Source: Podarcis bocagei (taxonomy: Eukaryota). Taken from it: 64,000 nt of DNA. Numbering within the stretch: position 1 is the first letter of the stretch; the number at the start of each line of letters is the position of its first letter. The translations under genes and the position numbers were made by a program. The stretch lies in the NCBI GenBank assembly GCA_964188305.1, contig OZ076886.1; one strand, 5' to 3'. Shown piece after piece: positions 1-12,489 of this stretch. Under the pieces are notes generated by a model that had not been told where the DNA came from, made no database searches, and saw only the letters and a list, made by a program, of their open reading frames with translations.

Positions 1-325
1 AATGGAAGAGACTGCACAGAAGCGGCTGCGGGGAGGCGACCCCATCGCCTCTCTGCTAGCTAGGGAGCTGCAGCCAACGCCCCCCCCCCCAAAAAAAAAA
101 CACGCAGGGAGAAGATGCCCGTGCGAAATCCCAGCAAAGCAGCTGTATCAAGGGCAGCAGATCTGTCCCAGCATGTGAGGAAAATGAACGGCTGTATTCC
201 CACAATATCTGGGGACCCAAGGTTGAGAAACACTGGGCTAGAGGATTTTAAGGCGCTCTCAGCAATTCTCCCCACCCGACCGCGGGTTACACTTACACAC
301 AAACACACATGCCATGCTCACTCAC

Positions 326-397
326 ATAGTGTTTGTTGGGAATTCGCCGCTTCTGCACGTCCAGCACCTTCACCTCCAAGATACTCTTCCGGGGCAT
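326..397 (-). CDS. SH3PXD2B: SH3PXD2B (Tks4) first coding exon, start of PX domain; gene continues off the left edge
   Basis: Minus strand ATG at 397 reads [24 protein letters not shown], then a GTGAGT donor (phase 0). Matches the recalled human SH3PXD2B N-terminus [25 protein letters not shown], not SH3PXD2A (MLAYCVQDATVVDVEKRR). Lies in a CpG-rich region. Confidence 0.93.
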
Positions 398-1840
398 AGC
401 GCTGGTCCTCTGCAACCCGAACCCCAGAAGCAAGTAACAAAATAAAGCGGGAGGGGGGAGGGAAGGAGTGTAAATCTCGGAGACGGGTAGAGGGGAAGAT
501 AAGACGAAAGAAACCCCTCCTCCGGGAGGGTCGGCGCAGCCAACGCTCCTGGACGCAAAGCGCAGAAACTTTTAAACGCAGCGGTTGCAGAGATTGCGCT
601 GCTAAGGGATAGGCGAGCCTGAGCCCCACAGCACCCTCAGCGCCTGCCCGTGTCCCCCCCGCCCCCTTTCCCCTTTCTTGCTTCTGCTTCCTCTTCCTCC
701 TCCTCCTCCTCCCCCCCAGCTCTACCCCCTTCGCTCTTTCCCTGGCCAGAGTTTGCAGATGCAGGAGGGCTCCTCCCAGCCCATCCCTGCCAAAGCAGCC
801 TATCCCACTCAGGCGCAGAAGCTCCCCGGGCTTCTTAAAGGGCCACGACCACCGTGCGGCTCGCCAGCGCTTTCAGGCAAAACACGCAGAAGCGCCTCTC
901 TGCGCCATGCCTTTCGCTTGTGCTACTGAGAATTGGGGGTGCTGGGGGGCGGGGTGTGTGTGTGTGTGTGTGGAAGCAAAGGCGCAACTTTTCAGCTGTG
1001 GCCGGAACACCGGTGGGAAGTTGGAGTTGGGTGGCAAATCCACACGTTCCTGCCCACTGCCAGTAACACAACAACCAACCCGCGCACGATCCTTGCCTTT
1101 CTTTCACGTCACCCATAACCAAGAACAGCAAGGGGGAAATAGAGGGACTACATTAATATGAGGAGCGAGTCTTTTCCACACAATCCCAAGGACCAGTTTA
1201 ACCTCCATTTGACCCCCCAACTCGCCCGCCTCTCTCTCTCTCTTTGTGAAGTGAAGGAAGAGAGCTCGAAAGCAGCCGAGGTCAAACGCAGGGGTCGCCT
1301 TTTTCTCAGAAGAGGAAAAGGCACCAATTAATCCTCGTCTGAATCTGGAATTGCCACACTTTGAAACGCTCCTTGTCGCGACAGGAGGCGGCGCAATTGG
1401 TTTCCGAGGGAGGCCGAAGGTCGCCTTTCGAGCCGTCGCCGCATAAAGCACTTTGAGCTTTTCCACAACTCTCCCTCAGTCTTTCCTATGGAGTAAATAT
1501 CCCCTTGCAAAACTTCGCCCCCTCTCCTGTCCCCCCCCCCCCGCTTCAACTTTACACGCTTTACACGGGTGGGTCTTGAGGGGTGGATTCAGCAATCCCA
1601 CCCGCCGTTGTGCACTCACGTAGGGGATCGTGTTGGGATCTGTAGGGAGAGGGTGCGTGGGGCCTTGGGAGATTAAAAAGCATGGCCCCGAAACATAAGC
1701 CAGCTCCCTCAGCTGCTGTGCAATACAAGAGGACAACGACTGGTTCCAACGCTGGATCTAGACGCATCAAAAGAAGCGTTTCAGTTTAAAGCGGCATAAA
1801 TTTAAAGGGGGAAAACAGATAGAGAAAAAATGGAACTCCG

Positions 1841-1859
1841 CGTCGCCATCTAGTGGCAC
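1841..1859 (-). promoter_or_regulatory. CTCF-like motif at the upstream edge of the CpG island
   Basis: Minus strand reads GTGCCACTAGATGGCGACG, a close match to the CTCF core CCASYAGRKGGCRS. Confidence 0.6.
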
Positions 1860-1904
1860 AATGTTATACCGCACACACAACACATATAAATCGCTTTTTC
1901 TTTA

Positions 1905-2600
1905 CCAGTCTAGCTGAGTCTTGGTTGTGCTGAACTGCTTGAGAGGTGGCCTGTCTGTCTGCACCTTGGCCGGCAATTTTGGCCACAGTGAATCTAGCAG
2001 CTATGCCATCAAAGTTGGGGGGGGGGAATCTGTGAGGCTGTGGCAACAAGTGCTCAAATAACTGAAGACAAGATTTTGGTGAAGACTGAGAAGGCGATAA
2101 ACTTCCTGCGTGAAGATATGAACTGTAAATGCATACCTATTGATGGCTTCACTTTGTGACAGAAGGCTCTCAGCCTCTAGGTACTCTCCCAGCCTTTTGC
2201 TGAGGATGGGTAGCCTGGGAAGGTGTTCAAAGCCAGCCCCAGTTGGCTTCAAAGCTTTAAGATCCACTTTGACCTGGAAAATGTGCACACAACTGATGCT
2301 GCTGCACTTGCAGACAAAGAAGAGCAGCTAAGATCATGTACAGAAGACAAAGATGAGGATGATGGACAGAATATGCCAGCAAGTTGGAATCTGCATCAGT
2401 TTGCTCTCCCAAGCACATGAAAACACATGAATGAATTGATTGCTGACTTTCATCCTTCTGTTGAACACAGCCTCAAAATCACACGTGGCTTTACAGACAC
2501 TTTGAGACCTTATCCAGAAATGCTCCAGCTGTGAAACAACAGTGGCAGTTGCCAATCACCATGTTTCTCAGAACAAAAACAACCAGCAGCCAATCAGTTC
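1905..2600 (+). mobile_element. Degenerate, internally deleted Tigger/pogo-type transposase remnant
   Basis: Plus-strand pieces resemble the psq HTH (VLNCLRGGLSVCTLAGNFGHSESS) and the CENP-B HTH (KILVKTEKAINFLREDMNCKCIPIDGFTL*QKALSL*, FKASPSWLQSFKIHFDLENVHTT). These join directly to a Tigger-like C-terminus (FHPSVEHSLKITRGFTDTLRPY...QLPITMFL). Stops and frameshifts are present and no DDE domain is seen. Confidence 0.75.
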
Positions 2601-2732
2601 ACACAATCAACTTCTGAAGCTTAACCAAGGCTAACCATGTCATCTGCAAATCTCTATCGGTTTCCAAAGCCTGTCCGATCATCTCCTGGAGCAATACCAT
2701 GCTTGGAAGAGGATGACGACAACAACAACAAA

Positions 2733-2840
2733 TTATTATTTATACCCCGCCCATCTGGCTGGGTTTCCCCAGCCACTCTGGGTGGCTTCCAACAAAATAT
2801 TAGAATACAATAGTCTATTAAACATCAAAAGCTTCTCTAA
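2733..2840 (-). mobile_element. L2-type LINE 3' tail fragment
   Basis: TTATTATTTATACCCCGCCCATCTGGCTGGGTTTCCCCAGCCACTCTGGGTGGCTTCCAACA is a stem-loop plus short A/T-rich repeat tail typical of squamate L2 ends. Confidence 0.6.
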
Positions 2841-2849
2841 GCAACACAG

Positions 2850-3096
2850 AAGAGGAGGAGGAGGAGTTTGGATTTGATATCCCACTTTATCACTACCCGA
2901 AGGAGTCTCAAAGCGGCTAACATTCTCCTTTCCCTTCCTCCCCCACAACAAACACTCTGTGAGGTGAGTGGGGCTGAGAGACTTCACAGAAGTGTGACTG
3001 GCCCAAGGTCACCCAGCAGCTGCATGTGGAGGAGCAGGGAAGCGAACCCGGTTCCCCAGATTACGAGTCCACCGCTCTTAACCACTATACCACACA
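2850..3096 (-). mobile_element. tRNA-derived MIR/Ther1-like SINE (Squam3-like), near full length
   Basis: Minus strand has an A box (TGGTATAGTGG), B-box-like GGGTTCGCTTCC, CORE-like GGGTGACCTTGGGCCAGTCAC, an L2-like tail and (CTC)n end. Confidence 0.75.
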
Positions 3097-3624
3097 GTCA
3101 TCATGCACCAGTTTTTGTGTGGCGTTTTCTGTTTTTCAGAGGATTGTTTTGACTACACGCAGTTTTGTTTTTATGCACTATCCCTGGAACGTAATCCCTA
3201 CATAAATTTCAGGTTACCTGTACCCTCCACTGAGGGACTTGCCTGTGACACACAGGATGGCAACTAAAAATGCCCCTAGTCCCCACCCCTTGAAGCCTGC
3301 AACAAATAATAGGAGTCTGTATCTACATGGTTCTTTCATATATTATAGATTAACAGTGTTCACTCAGCTCCACATAGTGTATGAGGCAGCTGTTTGTATC
3401 TTTCATGCAAGTTGTAAACTCAGTAGGGACGTGCTGCTACACCACAGGCCAAATGAAGTAATATACAGGGCCATGGAGGGGTGACTGGCCGTCCCCGGAA
3501 TATTCCAGGACCTCCGTCTGAACAGTCTGTTTCCATTAAAAGGTCTGTGGGCTTGTGACTTTAAAAATCCAGTGTTAAGCACAGCTGAAACCAAATAGGG
3601 TAGGTCCTGAAAAAAATGCACCTC

Positions 3625-3715
3625 AGGTGTCAAAAGGCTGGGGTAAAGAAGTGCATCTTTAGCATTCCCTGAAAGCTGTCCAGTGAAGGTCGCAGACACA
3701 CCCCTGTAGGGAGGA
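3625..3715 (-). mobile_element. L2 LINE ORF2 C-terminal fragment
   Basis: Minus strand reads LPTGVCLRPSLDSFQGMLKMHFFTPAF*, resembling the L2 ORF2 end (LP..IR..PSL..F...LKTHLF..AF). Confidence 0.5.
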
Positions 3716-6602
3716 GTGCTGTGGGAATGCTTAGTTACATTTTAAAGGGAATTCAGATTTAGTGCTGGCACATCACTGACTTTCAGATTAATTGGATTCT
3801 CTTATAAACATCTCATCTGTGTCCTTGGCAGCAACTGAAACACATCCCCCTTTCTTCAGCAGCAACAGCACTCAGCGCAAAACAGTATAATTTAATATAT
3901 AGCAAGGCATATCTCTATAACCTCTGTAGTTGAGGACTTAGTTCTGTTAGCATCCACTGGCACCGAGTAGTGTAATTGCTACTACCTCTATAAGTTGCTT
4001 TTGTACCAGTTGGGGCCATTGGAAGGACTTGTGATCCAAGTGGTTTTTTTAAGAGCATTTGCAAATTACATTCCTACCAATGGTCTGGTACCACTTGTAT
4101 GGCATGTTATAAAGTGTTAGGAAAGCCTTTGGTCAGAACTTTGCACAACCTCCAATAACACATGGAACAAAAATGGAGGAAGCAGCAATTGCATTGTTTG
4201 GGGGACCATGTAAAGGCCACTGCACATCTGCATTGTAACAGGTTGGAAAGAAGGGTGGGAAAAGAGCCGTGTGGTGTGGTGTAGTATGAGGCACAGTGGC
4301 TGCATCGTCTCTTAATGCCCTAGATGATTTTACAAAGTATGAGCAATGCAATAAACCTGACTTGAATTGTCCTTGAACTGTAACATTTGTACCAGCTTCA
4401 GTTTTAAAAGGACAGCTTTAAATTCTGGCAGACAGCCCTAAGGACTGTTATGTGTTTAACCCTGCCTGTCGCCTACACAACAACTGGAGAAAACTGGACA
4501 GACTCCCTATTTCAAGTAGAACTGCTATCCATCCTGGAATTTCAAATTTCAGTGCTAGCAAGTTTGGTATTAGGGAGAAATGTAGTTTTCCCAGCTCAGA
4601 CATAGGATGTAATTAATGGCACCTCTAATTTTAATTGGTCCAAGGAGAGAGTGCGTTCGTTCGCACACATGCACACACACATTATCAAGGTGGGGCTCTG
4701 GGGATTTACAAAAAAAACTAGGCCTCAGTTTTTGTGTGGTCTACCTGATGGCTGAATAGGAGACAGATGGCCTACTCTTGAGATTTGGAGAGGTGAGAGA
4801 AGCCAATCAGAGTACCTTGTACTTTCTGAAATGGTCTCAGCTGGGGATAGGGAACCTGGTGCCCCTCCACAGGTTTTTGGGCCACAGCTCCCATCAGCTC
4901 CAGGCCGCATGGAAGTATCTGGAAGCCCAGAGTCCTCACCCTGGCCAAAAGCAACACTGCAATCAGTACTTTATTCCCATGCAAATACAAGGGAATTTAA
5001 CAGCAGACCCCCTGAGCATGTTTACTCAGAGGTAAATCCCATGGATTTCAATGAAATTTACTTCTTAGTAAGTGTGCATAAGATTGCAGCATAAATGAAG
5101 CAAAAAGGAAGAGAACCTATTTTACAGTCGTCATCATCTCCAGATGAGAACTTGGCAACTCTATCAGCCAATAACGCTGTACCATAAATTCCTGTGTCCT
5201 ACACAACTCTTTCTGCAGGATATGGGAGACCTAACAAAGGGAAAATATAGTTTCACTAAAACCTGGAAGACATACATTTGGACTTTCATTCTCACCAGCT
5301 TAGTTAAGAATTAAGGGTGTTAACTGTATGCAGTACTTTGTTCTTATGAAACAAAATATGCACCATTTTGTTCAATGTATTTTTAATTAGTTTTCCCAAC
5401 TTTCATACCACCTGCACACTCATACATAACTATATCCTTTCAACACAGGGTATTCATTAATTAATTAAATGAACATGTTAATTGCACCTAGGTAAAAGCT
5501 TATGAAGTGTAAAATAACTGATTATAGACACTGGGTATTTAGTCACGTTTCTGCCATTATGAAGAAATCACTGTTTTAAACATTTGTTTCTATGAAACCT
5601 GACCAGTTTTGCAACAGCTTTTGGAGAATCCACAACACCATTAGACAGCTTATTTCAGTAGGGAATAAGCATTAAGAACAAAAGCGTAAGATCAATCTAC
5701 CTCTCTCTCTCTCTATAGTTTAATACCACACAAACTCACTCACACATGCCTTTAGCCTTCTTTTGGTGACCAACATGTAGTCAGCAGTCCCTTGGTTTGT
5801 TTTAATATTAATTGAGATTAATAATGTTTATCCTCGCAGCAGCTTGTTAAAATAAATTCCCCTTGCATATCTCTGTCCTCCATCACAAAGCCACTCCAGT
5901 GCACCACTTACAAGAAAACTGGCGTGAGGCCAAGATAAAGCCAAAGATCAATGGGAAAGCACTTAAGCATCAGAATGCCTCACAGTGCTGTTTAATCTGG
6001 ATGAGATTTTATTTGTTAGAAGGACTGTCTTCCAACAGGGATGGAAAGCATCCGTGTGTATCAGTACCATCATATGCATCCAGTATTTATGTTAACAAGC
6101 ACCTAGATTCCAGGGTATATGGTACAGGAATTAGGATGTTCCCACTGCCTGTCAAAATTCATGTGCATTCGTTTTTTGTTTTGCATGAAAATTGCTTAAT
6201 ACTAATGTAGTGTTGTTGTATGGGCGAGGGGGCAAAAACATCTTTCAAAAAGGTTTTGGGTATAATCTTTTGTTTTATGGCTTGCTCAATGCTGCTCCAT
6301 TTTGGCTGCTGTTGCTATTTTTATATAGTAATCTTGGGTGTCTTATGACTGTTAGCAAAAGTAGGTAAAATATGTTGCTTTTAAATACTGTGTTTTCAGC
6401 TTTGTTTGCTGCCCTGGAAAATAAGGTGGGAGATAAACAAATAAAGAAACAATCCACTTTACTTGCCTATTATTGTATTGATAATAGTTTCGCAAGATGT
6501 TACCATAAGGCTACCAGATTTTTTTCAATGAATCCGGGGACACTTTTCAAATTCAATGGATTTTGTATGGGGACTGATTTGTAAATCTGGGGACTGAACC
6601 CG

Positions 6603-7141
6603 GGTCTTAGGGAGCGAATGTGTGGTCCCTAGGGCTGGGGGGGGGGGGACCCGGGCTTCCCCCTCCAGCCCCGACAAACTCTGGGAGCAGCGGGAAGGCT
6701 GCGTGCAGCCTTTCCGCTGCTCCCCGACCTGCTTTTTGGGGCTGGGGGAAGGCCAGGCTCCCCCCACCGCCAGCCCCACAAGCCCTGGGGAGGCTTCGTG
6801 CGGCTATCCCTGGCTTTTGCGGAAGGTGGGGGAAGGGACAGAGCGAGGCTCTCTCAGTTCCCCCACCTCCTGCAAAAGCCCCAAGAGTCGCGCTCCCTTT
6901 TAAGAGCTGCGTGGAGTGTGTGTGTGGCTTTTGGGGGCTTCTCCCCGAGGAGGGAGAAGGGCAGCCCGCCACACACACACTCTGCGTGGTTCATGAAAGG
7001 GAGCGCTGAGCAAAGCCTGGGATGCATACAGGCTCTGCTCAGTGCTCCCTTTAAATAATATTTTTTTTCTTGAATCCCCCCCCCCCAAAAAAAAGCGGTG
7101 CGCCTTATGGTCAGGTGCGCCTTATGGAGTGAAAAATACGG
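6603..7141. mobile_element. Non-autonomous Tc1/pogo-superfamily (Tc2-like, CCGTATTTTT-TIR) element, left end truncated
   Basis: Right end GCGCCTTATGGTCAGGTGCGCCTTATGGAGTGAAAAATACGG|TA has the same architecture as the complete MITE at 47966-48134. GC-rich interior with inverted repeats. Confidence 0.7.
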
Positions 7142-8357
7142 TAAATTCTAATTTCAGAATACACATTCCAGATTCTTAGGCAGACAAACCTAGTCATTTC
7201 TGCCATCTGCTTTTTTTTTTACACACACAAACTCCTGTATAGGGTTGTTGGTGTTTCTTTCTCTGTGTAACCAAGTTAACAGCAAAGTAAAGCTTAAACT
7301 TGCTTAGGTCTCAGTGGGCTTGCTTGAATTCTTTTCTTCACCAAGTCCTTTTGAATAATCCTCATTTCTATTTCCCCTCACCTTTATTTCCCCCTTTTTC
7401 CTTTTGGGTGTCCACTGTGCTTAAATAACAGCTCTGTGTGGCTCAGTTCACACCACCACTGGGAATCTTTCAAGAATCTTTAAACTGGAAAGTTGCAATG
7501 CCCTTGCTGCTGACTTCATGATGCTGGCCTCTGAGGGAATGGGGTGATGTCATAGTTAAAGTGCTAGGATACCAACATTTAACATTCCTGCAGCAGAACA
7601 ACTGGTCAGTCCTTTTGCTAGTCCCTGCTCATACCTTCACATCAAACTGCCCTATCTCAACAAATTCCTCAAAAGATTAAAAAACAACAAACCCTTAAAA
7701 CACACCATTTATTGATGACGTTTACCATAAGTATAAATCAGATTATGACAGGAACATCTCTTAAAACTTTAAGTCGAGCCCAATGTTTTAATGTGGTGCC
7801 CTCTAATGGACACATTGAAGAAATGCGCATTATATGGCCGCAGCAGTTAAATATGTAATTCAGTAAAGGCTAACACTGAAGGGGGCAGAACTGGTCTAAT
7901 AGAAGCATAGAATTGTAGAGTTAGAAGCAACCCTGAGGCTCACTGACTGCAACCCCCTGCAAGGCAGGAATCAAGACTCTTATTCCTGCATTCTTATTAA
8001 CAATGCCATAAACTGGGATGCACAGTTAGAAAGCACTTTTACATCTTATTTCCAATAGCAGTTAGCTCATGGCTCAAGGCATTTAAAAAGGCAACTTTAT
8101 ACAAAAGGATGAAGAGTGCTCACACCAGAAAAAAAATTAATTTGCATCTCCTGTGATGTCTGAAGTCACTCTTTTTTGTTATTACACTGGGGATGAAACT
8201 TGGACTGCTATCAGTGGTGTAGTGGAGCAGGAATGAAATGCTGCTACTTCCTTCACAGCAGGAACAATGGTATTTCCTTGGTGCTATTTACCCATCCCTC
8301 CGCACGACGCCCAATAAATAAGCTTTCATCAGAGAGAAACCACCCCATACACTAAGC

Positions 8358-8521
8358 CAGGGGTCAGCAACCTTTTTCGGCCATGGGCTTGTCCACCGTC
8401 CCTCAGACCATGTGGTGGGCCGGACTAAATTTTTTTTTTTTTGGGGGGGGAAATGAACGAATTCCTATTGAGAAGGCGATAGGGCCGCATCCAGCCCCCA
8501 GGCCTTATTTGCCAACCCCTG
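8358..8521. mobile_element. Short hAT-type MITE
   Basis: CAGGGG...CCCCTG termini; 8-nt flanks CACTAAGC / TGCTAAGC (degenerate TSD); related to the copy at 42377. Confidence 0.7.
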
Positions 8522-10204
8522 TGCTAAGCAAAGGAAGAGGCAAGTCAACTTAGCATGCATGGCTACGGGTTTAACTGCCTCTTCTATTTTGAGCAATTCC
8601 AAAATCTATTATTACCACCCAAAATGCCACAAAATAGGGAGCAAGCCTTTGAGCCCAGGGAGTGTAGTTATAGGACTAGTCACAAAGGGTGCCTGAACTT
8701 CAGAATCAACCATTGCGTCATTGAGCAGGGTGCTACAAGTTTCCACAAAGAATGCCAACAGGGTTATGGAGTGCAAGCCCTTACCTTTTGTTTGTTTGTT
8801 AATGGTGCATCTCATATTCAGCAAGCCACCAAACTATGCTTTAATTTCAGAGGTAAAGAGAAGCCACCTCTACCAGCTGATTTGAAAATGGATGCAGGTG
8901 TGCCCAGGTTATTTTCCCCAGTCAGATTCTCCACCAGCTGCTCTCACAAAGCCTTGGTAATTAAATCAGGTGCTTAAGATTCTGTTTGGGGGGAACTGGG
9001 TTTTTTTGGGGGGGGGCAGCAAGGAGAAAGGTGCTGCTAGAGAAATACTACAAATAGCCTGAGTGTTCTGCACACCTTGTTTTTAATAGCAGCCTGATTA
9101 GCAATAGAATATTAAAATCAACTTAATTATTTTCTCTTCCATCAGGTCTGGAATTCTAATACTATTATGGAAAGAGATACTCCCTGCTTCATTTTTCAAG
9201 CTGTTGCTCTCAGCCTACCCATAAACTTGGGCCTACTAAATGATGTATAATATTCCTCTGTTCCTCAGTTAAGGCCCCCCCCCCACCCCCGGAAAAACGT
9301 ATTTACTGTTTTGTTCTACTTAGTCTATAGATGGAGTTAATAGTTAGACTACTGGAGAATTGTGTTGCTTTTCATTTCTAGTACATATCGCATCAGAACA
9401 TCTGGCTACCTTTAAAAGATTACTGTCTAAAACTGGTGGCCATACACCTCCTTTTAAACACCATATTTTAGGCTCCAGGAATATACATTGACTACTTATG
9501 CATCAGGAAAGAATTAGACTTGTGTGACCGAAAGCCAGTTTCTGCCAGTAGGTACATCATGCATATTTTGCTCTGGGCAAGGGAACAGTATAAAATAGTC
9601 AAAATTCAGAGAAGTCTACACATGCAGCAAACAGAATGATCACTGAGTTGTGTTCAACACATCACAGCATTGCTCTAGCTCTGTTGCCAGGATATTTAGT
9701 CTCCTCCCCTGACTATCCCACAACAGCCAGAGCTTTAAGGCAGCCCATAATGACTTGCTGTTGTATCAAGCTATATGAGAAGATAGTTTAATATCTGACT
9801 TGCTCTCATGTACTGGATTCTACCCGTATACTGGCTTTCAGCGTATCAGCTGGAAAGACTTCCACCCTGATTGGATCTTGTTTTCATTTTCTCTCTGCAC
9901 AGAAATAGGATACATCTGCTGCCATCTGTTCCTGTTGCCCCAGACATAAACCTCCCTCCACCTCTCTATATGTACATATCAGTTTAAGAGACCACACATT
10001 TAATAGGCTTTATTTAGCCCATAGAAACTTACACCACTTGTTAGCCTTACGTTACAAGAAGACTTTTTATTGGTTACAGAAAACACCTTTTGAAATTTGT
10101 CACCTGGAAATGCCACATTTTCCTGCATGGTGGTGGCATAGCAGAATAACTATCTGGGCCAATTCTTGCGCCTGTAAGCATGTGCACAGGTGCCTCACCA
10201 CACA

Positions 10205-10380
10205 CTCATGGGCCCATCGCTCAATATCCAAAAAACCAAAGTGCTGCACCAACAAGCACCCCACAACCCCTCTGCAGCGCCACAAATCCAACTTAATGGT
10301 GTAATGTTGGAAAACGTCGACCACCTTTCCTACCTTGGCAGTTATGGTATCTTTCCACAAGGGCCAAAATCCAGCATCGC
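10205..10380 (+). mobile_element. RTE-clade LINE reverse transcriptase C-terminal fragment
   Basis: ORF 10190-10405 contains SLNIQKTKVLHQQAPHNPSAAPQIQLNGVMLENVDHLSYLGS, the typical LINE RT thumb motif (GL.IN..KTK...LE.VD.F.YLGS). Confidence 0.75.
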
Positions 10381-11314
10381 CCAGAACATGGATCAGAGCT
10401 GGTGACCTCTGACAGATCATACAACAGCTAGCCAGCCCAACAACAAATGGTTTTGCTCACGTGTGTGTATGTGAGAGGGGGGAGGGGAGACGACACTTGA
10501 TTGACAGTCTCTGTATTATCTCACTTGGTTTCCTCAAGCTCCAGGAAGACAATTGGAGCTCAAAAACAGAGGGAAACTGTGGGTATCTGGAGCCGAAGTT
10601 GTAAAATAGCACAATATGTGAATCTGTGTCTTCTACACCATGTAATATGTAATGGAAGAAACTGTAATTTACTATTTCCATGTATTTCAGTACATGTGTG
10701 CATTTTAAGTACCATTTTCTTAAATGTAAGGTCTCCTAGAACAACTGGTTCCTACTTATAATAAACGATGTTTACTAAACTTCAGGGCTAGTCATGACAA
10801 CATCTGTGCTTGCTGATCAATTACAATCTACTTGAGGGCCATGACAACAGCATCTAATGGTTTCTTTGACCTCGGAAGCAGAATATTCAACACAATATTC
10901 CCTCTGCATGGGCAGAATTTTGAGAACGATGTCATGTAATTCCCAGCAACTCCATCGCATTGAGGGAATTGTGAAACCCCTACTCAGCAAAGATGACTGA
11001 CCCATCAATGGCAATTTCCACATGAAAACACTATCTAGCACATGTACTGTATAATAAATGGCTAGGTGACTATACGGGGCTCTTCATCCCAAGACTTTGC
11101 ACATGCTTTTATAGGCACTGTAGGTGCTCAATAATTGCTAATATCAAAACAGAAGGGCAGCAGATTCAAAATGGGAGATGATGTGACGGATGATGGTAGG
11201 TGCAGGTCTCCCTCTTCACCAAACAGTGTCACCCTTTAGCTATTCTTGGATGCTTAGCAGCAGAAAATTAAAAACAGCTCCAGCTGGTCACAGCTAGCTT
11301 TGAGAATTAATAGC

Positions 11315-11320
11315 TTTATT
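11315..11320 (-). terminator. Probable STK10 polyadenylation signal AATAAA
   Basis: Plus TTTATT = minus AATAAA, followed on minus by a CA and a U-rich tract (TGTTTTTAATTTT), ~3 kb past the stop. Other AATAAA hexamers occur at 11570-11575 and 13129-13134. Confidence 0.6.
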
Positions 11321-12489
11321 ACCAACACATTTCAATGCACACATTCTCAAAATGAGATAATATATATTTTAAGAAAAGTTTGTTTGGTTCCAAGCCCGAA
11401 AGCTGTTGATTGTAGGGTGATTTGAATCTCGGTAAGCAGGAATCAAATTCCATTACGCTCAAGCCAAATTTATGTACAAATACAAGTCAGCACTGCTGAC
11501 CAAAACCCACAGGCAACAAGTACAACAAGTGTTCAGGACGCAAATGCAGGCGCTCACCGTGGTAATGTTTTTATTAGATTATTTACATCATAGTGGTTTC
11601 CCCAAAAAAGAAAACACTTTTGGGTAGAAGAATCAGGTCCCCCCCATGTAAAAAATATTGTAGATTTATGCCAAGGAAGAGAAAGAAAAAGTTGGTTTTG
11701 TTTGGGTTAGGGAAAGAGAAAAATAAAGAAAAGTGACACTTTCTTGCCACAAAAGGAGCAGGACATCCTTGCAACACTGCACGAGGTAAATATTGCACTT
11801 TTGTAAAATTACAGCAGCGCTTGGTAGCAGTCAAGACCAGACTGGCACACAAAGAAAGATAAGCACACACAAACTTGCAGCAGTATTAAAATTAGCAACT
11901 CTTGTTTGATTTCTTGGCCAAGGATGAAGACAATTAGATGTACTACTGGCTGACTTACAAGGAGATTGAGCTGCATGTGGGTGTGTCCACAGCATACACA
12001 AGCCTGTGCACAATGCAAACTATCAAAAATTTGCGACATAAAGTTAGAAAAGAAACTGGCTATCGGGTTTGGAGAAAATTAGGATCTTTGAGTTTTCAGG
12101 ACACAACCCATTCATTCACAGGCTCTGTTCCAGTTTCTCTCAGTCTCACCTGACAGTATCTCAAAACACAATTATTTAGAACAGGACGGTAACCCCATGG
12201 TTTCTGGGTGCAAATTTTCCAGCCTCTAAAATATCCAGAATCCGGAGTCTCTTAAACAAGACAGTGAAACTGCAGCCTGGCAGCAGCCGATGCATTTGCT
12301 AGACTTCTGTTTCCATTCCATCAAGTTAACTCTGAGAACAGAAATCACATTAACAGCAACATGGCTTTATAGGAAGACAGGGAAAGAAAAGCATTATTTC
12401 CTATACAGAGCTAGTGCTGGAAAAGTCCTGAGTGATACACAAAAAGGAACACTGGAGCATTTTGCCAACCTAAGTGCTTTGAGACGGCA

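Larger units (their letters stand above)
1..1860. promoter_or_regulatory. CpG island / promoter and 5' UTR region of SH3PXD2B
   Basis: CpG and GC density is visibly much higher than the rest of the window and surrounds the SH3PXD2B ATG exon. TSS cannot be determined. Confidence 0.75.

Noticed and set aside
79-100. Recurrent poly-C/poly-A and poly-G runs throughout the window
   Set aside because: Low-complexity homopolymers with no consistent context; their lengths are error-prone.
1561-1770. Minus-strand ORF with an internal GTGAGT donor near 1619, a possible upstream SH3PXD2B exon
   Set aside because: Single motif in GC-rich DNA with no homology or acceptor support.
6525-7088. Overlapping Pro/Gly-rich ORFs
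   Set aside because: GC-rich MITE interior.
1-11300. FBXW11, EFCAB9 or UBTD2 exons expected from human synteny
   Set aside because: None recognised by eye; the CpG island holds the SH3PXD2B first exon. Short diverged exons cannot be excluded without a search.
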